64,000 nucleotides of DNA from Amphiscolops sp. MND2022. Lineage: Eukaryota. The notes below the pieces were generated by a model. It was not told the origin of the DNA, made no database searches, and worked only from the letters and a program-made list of their open reading frames with translations. The position numbers and the translations under genes are program-made. The stretch is from NCBI GenBank assembly GCA_964187785.1, contig OZ076409.1:2294001-2358000 (forward strand). The letters run 5' to 3'. Every line of letters starts with the position of its first letter. Within the stretch, counting starts at the first letter, position 1. Positions 13,551 to 25,980 of this stretch are shown piece by piece.

Positions 13551-16445
13551 TTATTAATTTGTTGCCCGAGGGCGTACAAATTTCAAACAATAAAGAAAAT
13601 GATAATTAGCTAGTACTAGATGTATAAGCTTTACAGATAATACCGCATAGGGCGGAAAGTTTTTTGAGTAATTCAAAATTCACGGTGTTCATCAGCTGGT
13701 CAAATTTCACCATATTCGGATACGAGTAATAAAAATCCGGGAGAAGTTCTACCCTACTATCTTTGAAAAATATTCACATATTATAATCATTTGATATTCA
13801 TCCGCTTTACATTGCTTACAGCAAAACGGACAAATTTGATTATAGTTGTCAGTGATTCTCTGTCACTCTCGGCGAGGTGTACGGTGCGCAGCGATATTGG
13901 CTTAGTTGCACCCTTTGTTTACCCTTCATTTTTGTAGATAAGGTTCTAGAAGCAGCCGATGTTTGAATCCCCTATAGCAGTCGCAAAGTGAGGTGGAATG
14001 TAGCATCGTATGCCAGGACTGAATAGCTAAGTCTTCACATTGTCGCTTTATATACTTCTTGAACTCGGCGTCTCTGATGTAATTCACGTATGTATCTACC
14101 ATAGGTATTCCGCAGCTAACCATAATATATTTCACACTCAGTATCCATTTGTTCTCATATTCGTTGGAATTGATTAGCCAAAACATAGAATTCGCAAAAC
14201 TTTTTTTATCGTACGATTCACGTTAGATTCATCTGTGACGACAAAGTTTAGGGTTCTTCAAGGAGGTGAAAAGTAAGAAATAAGCCGGGAAGTTTGTTGA
14301 ATATGCAAAGGGACACTTTTGTGGAAATTTTATCAATAATACAACGCCAAAAAATACCCGAAGGGACAATCATAAGACTAGAAAACCGTTTTCACGCCAA
14401 CCTCGAAACATCAAAAAAAAACAATTTTGCAATAATGACGACTTTTCTTTCCGTAAAAAGCCTCATAGTGCCGAAAAACCCAAAAAGATACCTTCGAAGT
14501 TCCATTTTCGAATTGAGGCCTTTCTTGTGGCCGCGTCTTTTTGATGAGCTAAAACAATGGAGGCGCGGGTATGGTCCTGCGCCGACCCTTACCAAAATAT
14601 ACTCCTCCAGGACCCTCAATATGAAACGGTCTCAAGAATGGCCCGCCAGAAAATTCTGAAAAATTGCATGTGGCCACCAATTGGCGAGCAATGAAACGTC
14701 TAGGGGGCCATTTTTCCCAAATTCCATTGTGAGACGAGATAGGCGCAAAAAACGTCTGCAAAATTGGTCATTTTTCACTTTTTCACCTTTGTAAGCCTAA
14801 ATATTGTTCGCAGGTGCTCGGAGCAGTTCGCACGTGGACAGTAATATTGTTCAGCGTTGCTGAAAGAGTGCGTGGACAAAAGTTCGTCCCGATCGGATTA
14901 TAATTGACTGTGCAATAGCCAATTTTTCGACGCATTTTTTCGAAGTTTTTCGAGAACCCATTTTATCTCTGCCGTTTTTTGCCCAAAATTTTTCCGAGAC
15001 ACTCTCCTAACGACCTCCCACGGCCGAATTTCCTCCCAGCAGAACCATTCGGCCCTTTTGCCGCAGTTTCAGCGTTCCCGGTTTCCGCGGGCAGAAGATC
15101 AATGTCGAAAAAATTTCAAAGTTTTTCAAACTTCAGGCTTCCCAAATTTAAGAAACTTCCACACAACTAGGATTGCAAGTGGATGCATGTTGAAAGTACT
15201 CAGATAGACGAGAAAAAGACGCTGTAGAACGTATCTGTAACTTAACTTGACGTTAACAAATGGGGTTTTGAATGTGAGCTTGCTAAGGGGTCCGAGTGTC
15301 AAAAATTGAAAATGGAGTTGTTCGATTGCAACAATTCTACTAAAATAGGCGATGTAGGTATCAGTAGGCGAAGCAGGTATCTTCATTCACAAAGGAACTT
15401 TGCTGTGAAAAGTCAATCACTGATCCCGCCATAGAGTCTTTTCTCAACAATCGATTTGATATGATAGACAATATTCGTCAAATTGCAGCTGAAAATGATT
15501 TGCCAGGATACTTGATCAATGGATGGTTTCGTGGATATGATACAACAGTTTGCAAAGTGCCACAAGCATTCCGAATACTACCATAACAAAATTGAAAGAC
15601 TTCTACGAAACTACCGAAACGCAGAAAGAATTGCTACGAGACGTCAAAAATTTGTCCGTGACTTCAACGTCAACCTCGTTGGAATTTTCATCTATTGAAC
15701 TCCCTCCCAGAAAACTCATAACAGCTGTTTTGACTACTGCATCAGTTGCCTTCCTTTTTCTAAGTCTTCCTGCCTTTGCAGAGTCTGTTGTTATTCCGGA
15801 AAAAAGCCCAGCACTTACTTCAATGCTGCAAATCCTTTACAAATTGAACGATCCAAAGCCAATTTGACTGTCGTAATTGCTTGCTTGTGGTGTACTACAT
15901 CAGCTACTCGAGACAATTCGCCGCTTTCCATTGCGCCAGTAATTGCTGATCTCAGAATTACGACCATAGCTGTTGTTGAGTCTTTTGACAACTTGTCAAC
16001 GTTATCGCAGGCAACTGAAGTAATCCTAGTTGCTTCAAAAAGGATCCATTTTGAACCAAAAAAAATTAAAGGTTCCAACAGTGACAAAGATTTCGTATTT
16101 ATCATGCTATACTCTAGTACTGACTGTAATGGGTCGTTTATTTACTGCAATTGGAGCTCAAACATCTACTGGAAGGTCGATTTGCGTAAAAAGACGATAA
16201 GGAAGCACCAGAAGTTGTTACCACCCAAGGTCAGTTTAGCTATTCACTGATTTACTGCCAATTACCATTCGAAACAACGCCTTTCAAACTAAACGAAGCC
16301 CAAACATCTGTCAAGTGCCCCCAGCATCAGTTACCATTCTGTCAAGAGTATATTAACTCTTCTTATATGTGTTCATTCGACAGAAAATGTAACTGCAAAG
16401 TGATTTGGAGATGCCCAATAGAGGACTGCAGTCTGTGTTTATGTA

Positions 16446-17158
16446 AACAAGACGGGAACGTCTAAAATCCGGGCCAAATCTAAAGCTAAAAAAATTGTTA
16501 TAGGGGGACCTTTAGGGTTTTTTTAAAAATCCAATTTGTTGCGGTGTGTAACGTCTCAAACTTCGGATATAGCGTGCTGGGACAAATGGAAGCGCTTTCC
16601 GAACCCCCGCCTCCTCCTTGGTAAAACAGAATATAATTTGGATATAACGTCAGAAATTCGGATATAGCGCTTTACTCAGGATATAACGTCCAAGTTTCGG
16701 ATAGTTTTGGAAAAAATTATTGGTAGATATATATTGAGAAAACCGAATTTCAGACGAAAAATGACAATTTTGAACAGTCTCATAGTGCCCAAAAATCTAA
16801 AAGAGGGGACCCTTTGGGATTTTTAAATATCTATTATGTTGCAAAGTATTTTGAAAAATTGAAGGGGGACCCTTTGGAGACAAGAAAATTCGTAGGAAAA
16901 GTGGCACAGTGCCGAAAAAAAACTCAAAGGGGGGACTCTATAGTCTCGTCCGGTTTTGTATCATACGATAAAAATGGAGTAACTGAAAGGGGGGACACAT
17001 TGCACTTTCTTAAATGCGCTCCACGTTCGCCGATCCAGTACTTAAGTAGTTCTGTAAAAAGTGTCCACTACGCATACATTCTGTGGTCTGACGAAAAAAC
17101 AAGAAAACTTGCCACTGTAATAGTCAGGCTCATTTTGATAAAATGCGCCGACTAAAAA
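16446..17158 (-). mobile_element. HINE copy
   Basis: Stem-loop AGACGGGAACGTCT at one end, GCGCCGACTAAAAA at the other. Confidence 0.8.
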
Positions 17159-17259
17159 CACCACCTTCAATATTCCGAACTTAATTCAGTTTCACTTTAA
17201 TCAAGAGAAGCACCCACTTTAGATTTGTTAGCTCCCTCTGCGTCGACAACTTCAGCATT

Positions 17260-20200
17260 TCATTTTGATACCGATGTCGGTTCATCATACATACCTTTGG
17301 AAAAAAAACGAACTTTTGGGTAAAGACGTTGTGTCAGTGCATGTATTGTTGAACAATATATCTTTTGTGCTGGAACGCTGTCATCCATTTAAACAGTGTG
17401 CACGATTGAAGCGATTTTTTCCAGCGATCTTTGTGCCTTCATCCAACCTCTTCCTCTTCGCTTGTACAATTAGAAGCGTTGTTGTTTCCGTTCAGTTTTA
17501 ATCATCAACTTCAAGACGGATCATACCATTCTTCATGTATGCCAATGACAGACAGTGTCGAGATTTTGGTTTCGCAATTTACTTCAATAATTTAGGACAC
17601 GGTTACGTGACCCTACTTTGAGGACATCGTCGACTGGTAAATACATACATCAAACGTGGAATACAGAGCAATGGAACAGACAAAGAACAAATATTTGACA
17701 GTACGTGCAATAGTTTTCCTCCAAACACGGAAATACGAGTCGATGAGTTTCCTGCTGCCACGCGTTCAGAACGAGTGTCTTTTTAGTCGGCGCTTCATGA
17801 AGTGAAACGCGACTATTATAGTGGCTTTTCTTTTTTTTCAATCCACACGAACTGACCAAAATAGTTCTTCAAAGTTCTACAAAATATTATTGCACCAAAT
17901 TGCACTATGTGGTCTAGCGAACTGAACCAAAAAGTTTTTTTTCCTGTTTTTCCGCGTAACATACCATACCGGGCGAGACTGAAGGGTCCCCCTTTCAATT
18001 TTTTTCGGCACTGTGAGACTTTTTTTTCGAAATTAAAATTTTCCCCCATTCAATTTTTTGATGTTTTGCGACAGAATGGATGTTGAAAAACCCCAAAGGT
18101 TCCCCCCTTTCAGTTTTTTCGCATTGTGAACCTTTTTTCCTGAATTTTTTTGCCTTTTTTCTCTTTAGCGCGCCAGGGGCCTTTTCTCTCCTAAGGGTCC
18201 CCCCTTCAATTTCTTTGATATTTTACAACAGATTGGGCTTTTAAAATCCCAAAGGGCCGCTCCTTTCAGTTTTTCGGCATTGTGAGATTTTTATCCAAAA
18301 TTTGTTTTTTCTCCGAAGGGTCCCCCTTCAACTGCAACAAAAATGGTGAAAAGTTCGGAAGTGTCCCCCTTTTAGCGCGCCAAGCGGTCCATGTTTTGAG
18401 TATGTAATTTTTTCGAATTTTTTTTCGAAAAATTTTCGATTTCCGAAAACTGTAAAAGAGAAAACTTGACACTTGGAAGTCTTTTTGCTACTTTTGAGCC
18501 TTGGATGTGGCGCCGACTTGTTTTTTACTCTTCCGTGTAATCAGAAAAGACAACCTGGAGTAGCTTCCTTAAAACTAGCAATTGATGGTAGTTTCCAAGC
18601 AGCTAGTGTTGAACGCAAACGTGTGAATCAAGCATACCTGCCAACGTTTGCCCGTAACTGGTTCAGAGCAGTCAAATTTTTGATTGAGTTACTTTTCATT
18701 CGTCAGAACATCACCAGGGAAATCCGCAAGCTTTGAGGCAGAGCAGAATTTCAAACTATAGCTGGTAATATACATCATTATCATATACTGATATGGCTAA
18801 TTGAATGATCGATAAACAAATTCGATTTAGTTCAATCACGCCCTGTTGAAAATCGCTGATTCTTCCTTCCAATTTATGAAAGACGAGGTGGAAATGTACC
18901 AATTGTACGATGAGTGCATTCGCTTGCACACCCACTGTGGTGAAAAAGCAAATGGACGTTGCAGGAAACGAAAAGACCTTGGAGGAAACAAAATTTGTCG
19001 TACCCTACCCTAAAACACTCACTGGGTAATGGACATTGAAATATCCCCACGAAGCCCCACAAGTTCTCGAAAAAAAAATGAAACTGGGAGCAAAATACCG
19101 GGAACTCTTTTTGGACTGAGACCAGCTGGCCCTTTAAAATGTGAAAGTTATGTATGCAGCTACAAAAGGAGAACACATTTTACCCACTAGTGGTGTTCTC
19201 TTAAGTTGGACAAGATCCAACACAAATTTATTGATAACAGATCATTTTTTGTAGCTATTCATCTAGTTACACATCAAAGACAGAAGAGATGCATACGGTT
19301 CCATTTTACCTAAGGTAAATCATTCCGTCTAAGAACGGAGGGTATACAAAATAGATATCTTGCATCCGCTCGCATCCCGAACCAATTGGAAAAAGACCAT
19401 CAACGAGATGTAAAGAAATAGGATTGTGGAATAGTATCTCAGAGAGTGTCTTCTGGATATTCCCAATGCCCTACGTCATAACAAATATGGATATTGTACT
19501 TGAGCAAAACTTCGCCCTGAACTACAAATCTACCTCTGCTGAAAGTTTCTCCTACATCCTACAAGAAACTGACAGAAAAGGAGAAAACTATGGCTTTTGA
19601 CTTGCAATCTTCAGGACAAACAGACGATTGCATTTCATCGTTTAGTATAAGGCCTCCTGAACTTTGCCCGTGCAGAATGTGGAACTATTCTATAAATGGT
19701 TTGTCTTCGAGCACAGAAGAATGAACGTTACAACTTTGAAGGAATTGTTTTGGAACAACTATTTCAAACCATCGACAAATGCCCGCGGTTGGCAAATTGA
19801 ACTGCGACAAAGTGCAATAAATACTTTCCGTCAATTCTTACAAGCAAACAGAGACAAAAGATTTGAAGACGCAGTTTCTTACAACCTATAAATTCTTCAA
19901 CTCTTCCAAACTGAGAACTGTTACAAAAACACTTTCGTGAGTGACAAGTCCAGTATTTCAAATAAAAAACGAGGAGGTAGTTTTGGCTACTGTTAACCCA
20001 AGACGGATAGTTAACTTTCTTGTTGCTTTTGTGCTTCGGTTTGGGTTTTTTGACACCGAACAAGACCTCTTCCTATCACTCCTGAAATCTTATGTTAATG
20101 GAAAGTTACTGGACAAGGTGCTTTACACAAAGATGACTTCTTAACATACGTGATGAAACATACGTCAGAAACGAACTGATCTTTTTGCTGGGCGGATCCT

Positions 20201-22250
20201 TGTCATTTTCATCCAAACTTTGGTCAGCAAAACAGGCAGTTTCCATGCTTTCACAACCTCAAGACAATTTTATTTTGGAATCTCCTGTTGATCTTATATC
20301 TGAGAAGAGAGACACAATCACTGATGCCGTTAAATCTTTTCCTGTAAAGACATGTGTTCAGTGCGTTGCAACGATTAAAGATATCCTTTATGCCACAGTC
20401 GTTGAATGTTTCCTTCGAAAAAACTGTTAGACAACCTGTCCTTGCATTTGAAACGGATCAACCGTTGGCATCTAGAAAAGAACAAACCGAAGTATTCAGT
20501 TTTTTACAATCAACTGTAAACAGGGTTCTGGCTGGAGAATCAACAACAGTGAAAAACAGTCACGTTGTGATAGGTTAGTAATTGGTCTTTGTTTGCAGTC
20601 AAAACTCTCAATCGTTATCGATATGTGTTACATTTTTGATAGAGTTTCAGGTATCGCTGGAACTGGTAAAAGTCATTGGTGTGGTGTTGCCATGGCGTAT
20701 GTTATTTGTAATAGTCTGGTAACTTAGGTAACGAGTCTTTCTTCAAGAAGAGCAGCACTAGTTGGTGGCGAGCACATACACCGATTGTTTGTAATATTTC
20801 TGTTCTTCGACTTCCTGAGGCTGAACTTGGGAATCAAGCTATCACCAAATTAGATGACGTGAAGCGTAGAATGTTCCTCGAAAAATTACAGCTGTTATTT
20901 ATTGAAAATGTTAGTCTTATTCATGCAGAGTTATGGGTAACTATTGATATTGTGCTACAGTTGATCAGAGGGAATGAGCTTCCATTTGGAGGGTTTTTAA
21001 TTATTGCAAATGGTGACTGTTGCCAATTGCCGAATCTTTCGAGGACCGACATCTTCCAATCTAGCGGCCTTTTGTTAACATCACACTTCCACTTTCTTGA
21101 ACTAGTAAGGATGCACGATATTCACGGTCAAGAAATTTTAAGACTTCTGGAGCGGACATGTGGCACCTGAAGCTATTGAACGCATCTGTTCCCCACTTCT
21201 ACAACATTGTATATTCCATGACACATGGGACACTGTTGATAATAAAATGATCATAGAAGTTTTCGGGAAAAGGTCAGCAGAACGACAGGCACTGTTAAAT
21301 CATCAAAATATGATTGAAGCTTCGGGGGTTCCTCTAGTTTTGTCGCAAGCAGAAGACGAAATGTGTCTAACGGAATCTAACATGTTGCGCGTACCTGATT
21401 ACAGTGCGACGCGAACACTGAACAAGATGTCAAGGGAACCTGAAAATCTTATTCTTTACGATATTAACACGAAACTTAGCGAACTGTACCCAAGTAGATT
21501 TATTCATTTTCAATTCGCTAACAGTAACCAATAACTCTTTCGTTAAATAATTCCCAGAGCCCACATTCAATAAAACAAGAGATTCTCGACCACAACATTT
21601 ACACAAATTGGCCTCAGAAAAGCTTTAACAGGTGTGACGGATTCGTCTTCCCTTCCAATAATGTTTCCATTCGACCTTCGCAGTTCCCTTTGTGTAATTA
21701 CGTGGCGGCCTCGACAGGGCATAAACTAATGGGCGACACTTTCTCGGATCTTGCAACATCAATATCAGCGGCGAAAACAAAACATTTTCTGTGGTTGACA
21801 TCCCAAATGAACGTAATTATTAGTCGAGTGCATCAACTATCATCGCTGCATTTTGTGGGAGGAAAAACCCAAACACGAAAGGCAATATACCGCAATAAGG
21901 AAAAAACAGCCACTTTTGTGCCTTGCTCTTATAATCGCAATCAATTCGAAACATCAAAAACAGAAACTGGATTTGTATACTTGTTGGTTAGTTTGGTGGA
22001 CAAAACTTTTTCGACATCTCACCTTGATGAAACATCTGACAGCTGGTCCAAAACTCTCCGGAGTTGCAATTCAACAGAAGATAGTTCAATGCTAGATCAA
22101 TCATGGGCAATGGGCTATTTTGTTTGGCAATTCCACAGATGCTCCGACAGAAATCATTGCCCACTGTAAATTAAAAGCTGCATCTCCTCGTTGGAACACA
22201 AAACTTTTGGTATTGTTGTAGTTCGAAGTAAACTGCTTTTGGATGGCATG
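17260..22250 (+). pseudogene. Decayed Helitron/Helentron RepHel (HUH Rep + PIF1 helicase + GIY-YIG-like C-terminus)
   Basis: Rep motif 1 LFFTLPCN (~18520), motif 2 RAEFQTIAGNIHHYHILIW (18740-18796), motif 3 Y.SSYTSK (~19256). Walker A GIAGTGKS (20650-20673), LLFIENVSLI, PFGG..IIANGDCCQLP, ASTGHKLMGDT, QMNVIISRV. Many stops and frameshifts; the 5' part probably extends to ~15400. Confidence 0.88.
17780..18520 (+). mobile_element. HINE copy lacking the 3' stem-loop
   Basis: TTTTTAGTCGGCGC...GGCGCCGACTTG, running directly into Rep motif 1. Confidence 0.78.
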
Positions 22251-22405
22251 TTTCCTCATTTGTATAATTGTGTGACTGGTAAAATACAACACCTAACAAT
22301 TTTTGGGGTTAAAAGAAGTCACTTCAAAACTTTAACATCACTATTAGAAACAATGATTTTGACCCTTCTCTTTTGTTGCAATCAGCCATGTTGTAAATAT
22401 GAAGT

Positions 22406-23749
22406 ACAACCTGGAGTAGCTCCCTTAAAACTAGCAATTGATGGTAGTTTCCAAGCAACTAGTGTTGAACGCAAAAGTGCGAATCAAGCATACCTGCCAA
22501 CGTTTGCCCGTAACTGGTTCAGAGCAGTCAAATTTTTGATTGAGTTACTTTTCATTCGTCAAAACATCACCAGGGAAACCCGCAAGCTTTGAGGCAGAGC
22601 AGAATTTCAAACTATAGCTGGTAATATACATCATTATCATATACTGATATGGCTAATTGAATGATCGATAAACAAATTCGATTTAGTTCAATGTTCGGAA
22701 GAACATTCTCCACGCCCTGTTGAAAATCGCTGATTCTTCCTTGCAATTTACAAAAGACGAGGTGGAAATGTACCAATTGTACGATGAGTGCATTCGCTTG
22801 CACGCCCACTGTGGTGAAAAAGCAAATGGACGTAGCAGGAAACGAAAAGATCTTGGAGGAAACAAAATTTTCTAACCCTACCTTAAAACACTCACTGGGT
22901 AATGGACATTGAAATATCCCCACGAAGCCCTAGAAGTTCTCGAAAAAAAATGAAACTGGGAGCAAAAATGCCGGGAACCTTTTTTTGGACAGAGACCAGC
23001 TGGCCCTTTAAAATGTGAAAAAGTTATGTATGCAGCTACAAAAGGAGAACACATTTTACCCATTAGTGGTGTTCTCTTTTGTTTGACAAGATCCAACACA
23101 AATTCATTGATAACAATAAAATCATTTTCTTGTAGCTATTTATCTAGTTACACATCAAAGACTGAAGAGAATGCAGATGGTTCCATTTTACCTGAGGTAA
23201 ATCATTCCGTCTAAGAACGGAGGGTATACAAAATATATATCTTGCATCCGCTCGCATCCCGAACCAATTGGAAAAAGACCATCAACGAGATGTAAAGAAA
23301 TAGGATTGTGGAATAGTATCTCAGAGAGTGTCTTCTGGATATTCGCAATGCCCTACGTCATAACAAACATGGATATTGTACATGAGCAAAAATTCGCCCT
23401 GGATTACAAATTCAACAAAACAGCTCAATGCTAGAAGGTCAATCATGGGCAATGCGCTATTTTGTTTGGCAATTCCACAGTTGCTCCGACAGAAATCATT
23501 GCCCACTGTAAATTAAAAGCTGCATCTCCTCGTTGGAAAACAAAACTTTTGGTAATGTTGTAGTTCGAAGTAAACTGCTTTTGAATGGCATGTTTCCTCA
23601 TTTGTATATGTGTGTGACTGGTAAAATACAAGACCTAACAAATTTTGGGGAGTTAAAAGAAGTCACTTCAAAACTTTATCATCACTATTAAAATTAATGA
23701 TTTTGAACCTTCTCTTTTGTTGTAATCAGCCATGTTGTAAATATGAAGT
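22406..23749 (+). repeat. Diverged partial duplication of the RepHel region
   Basis: 22406-23409 repeats 18550-19528 and 23409-23749 repeats 22068-22405; the helicase core is absent from the copy. Confidence 0.9.
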
Positions 23750-25280
23750 GTTGATACTTTGAGACTTTGTGTGATGACATACAATTTATACAGCTTATCA
23801 ATTTGTACAACTGGCCAAGTTGTTATTGATGATACAATGAAAACCACATGAAAAAGACTTGCTTGAGAAATATACTGAACAAGACTGACTGGAAAAGACA
23901 ACGACAACAAAATATCGAGACTCAGCCAGCATGTGCTACAGTTAATTCAATGCTGTAGCCTTTGTCTCGTTTCCTCTCACTTAATGTTCAGTACATATGA
24001 CAGAAGGCTATATTCAAATACCTAGGCAGAAACTTTCTTCACTTCTTAATGTGTTGTCCGCGAATCAAATTCAACCAAGAAGGATTGATTTGAAAATTAC
24101 CATGTGTCTCATTTTTGTTAGAAAAGTTCCTTGAAAAATACTATTGATATGAATATAAAATTCGAGACTGCCTAAACGAACAGAGATCGAGATTTGCAGA
24201 CTTCAACGCCAGAATACTTCCTTACTTCTTCTTAAAAGCTATTCAACTTTACAGCGTTTACTGTGGTTCATCATTTATCTGATCTTTCATACATTGCTTA
24301 TCTGGTAGAATTGAAGCTTACTTTTTCAGAGGAAACCCTCTGCAAGTAACCCCGTCGTGGGCGCTACTCAAGTTTTCCTTCCGATTAAGTTGTTCAAAAC
24401 CCGAGATCAAGTAACTACCACAACATTACAAACAATTGATTCAAACCACCCTGTCGAAAGAGGGCTACACCGACTTTACCGTTAAGGTTGTCTCGCTGAA
24501 GCGCCTTGTGGCTTATGCGAACATCGTCAGACAGCCAATATTTTGTCACATTAGTAGCCTATTGATTTTTTAAAACATTTTTTTCTTTTCACAGCCAGCC
24601 TTGCAGTTGTACAATCACTTTAAAGCGGACCTTCAAAAAGACCAAAGCTTTCAAGTTCAAAAACCTAATGCGCAAATGAGGAATCCAGTGTTCTGGGATG
24701 TAATGAAGAAACATCAAAACCAGTACAGGAACAAAAGTTGCCCTATGCACCCTTGCAATATGGAATGAAACTTATTATCAAGTTTATTCTAGTTAACGGT
24801 ATAACTCTTGTCATTCTGTGGTCGAATTAAAGTTCGCTTCATGCATGTCTCATTCGACAGGATCTTGCAGCAATCAAACGATTTTCACAATTTAAAAAAT
24901 TTGATATTCCAAAACTCTTAATGAGCATTCTTTAATTAACCCTATGAGTTTTATTTTTTAATTATCGATCGTTCTAAACACATAGTTGCGTTGAAAGATG
25001 GTTTATGTGAATTCGCTGGCTATGACAAACTCTTTGTTAGAAACTTCAAGAAAAAACTTGCTAAAAAACCTGCATTTGATTGATAAAAGATTTGTAACAA
25101 TCAAGCAACTATTCTTTCTTGAAAATGGCAAATGTTTCATCAATACGTGAATTTTTTCCACAGTTATCAATTGAACAGTTGTCATCTCTATTTATTGATC
25201 GTCAACACTAGCCCCTCACCCAGCCGATTGTGACTTCCGGATGCTTCTTTTGTGCTCTAACAATGAGTGGCATGAATAGA

Positions 25281-25980
25281 AACAAGCCGGGACCGGCCCA
25301 AGTCGGCGCCATATCCAAGGCTCAAAAATAGCAAAAAGACTTCCAAGTGTCAAGTATTCGTTTACAGTAGTCGAAACTCGAAAATTTTTCGAAAATTTTT
25401 TTTTTGAAAAAATTACATACTAAAAAAATGGACCGAGTGGCGCGCCGGGGCTCGCTACCGCGAGCCCCTGGCGCGCTAACGTCTCACAATGCCGAAAAAC
25501 TGAAAAGGGGGACCCTTTGAGGTTTTTCAACATCCATTCTGTCGCAAAACATGAAAAAATTGAAGAAAAAAATTTTTTTATTTTCGGGAGAAAATCTCAC
25601 AATGCCGAAAAAAACTGAAAGGAGGAACCCTTTGGGATTTTCCAACATCCATTCTGTCGCAAAACATCAAAAAAAATGCAGGGGGGACCCTTTGCGGAAA
25701 AAAAATTTCGAAAAAAAAATCCGAAAAAAATGTCTCGCAGTGCCGAAAAAAAATGAATGTTTGGGGGGACTCTTTGGTCTCGCCCGGTATGATATGTTAC
25801 GCGGAAAAACAGGTAAATTCATTTTGGTCCAGTTCGCTAGGCCAAATGGTGCTATTTGACACCATAATATTTTGTAGAACTTTTAAGAACTATTTTGGTC
25901 AGTTCGTGTGGATTGAAAAAAAAAAAAAAAGAAAAGTCACTATAATAGTCGCGTTTCACTTCATGAAGCGCCGACTAAAA
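25281..25980 (-). mobile_element. HINE copy (GCCGGGACCGGC stem-loop subfamily)
   Basis: AACAAGCCGGGACCGGCCCAAGTCGGCGCC...GCGCCGACTAAAA; close inverted homolog of 17780-18520. Confidence 0.85.

Noticed and set aside
13700..14200. Possible LINE 3' fragment (CDCYRGFKHRLLLEPYL)
   Set aside because: Reminiscent of a post-RT region of non-LTR elements, but too degraded to support without a search.
20859..21534. Host PIF1 helicase gene
   Set aside because: Multiple stops and frameshifts, a degenerate Walker B, and linkage to HUH Rep motifs show it is transposon-derived.
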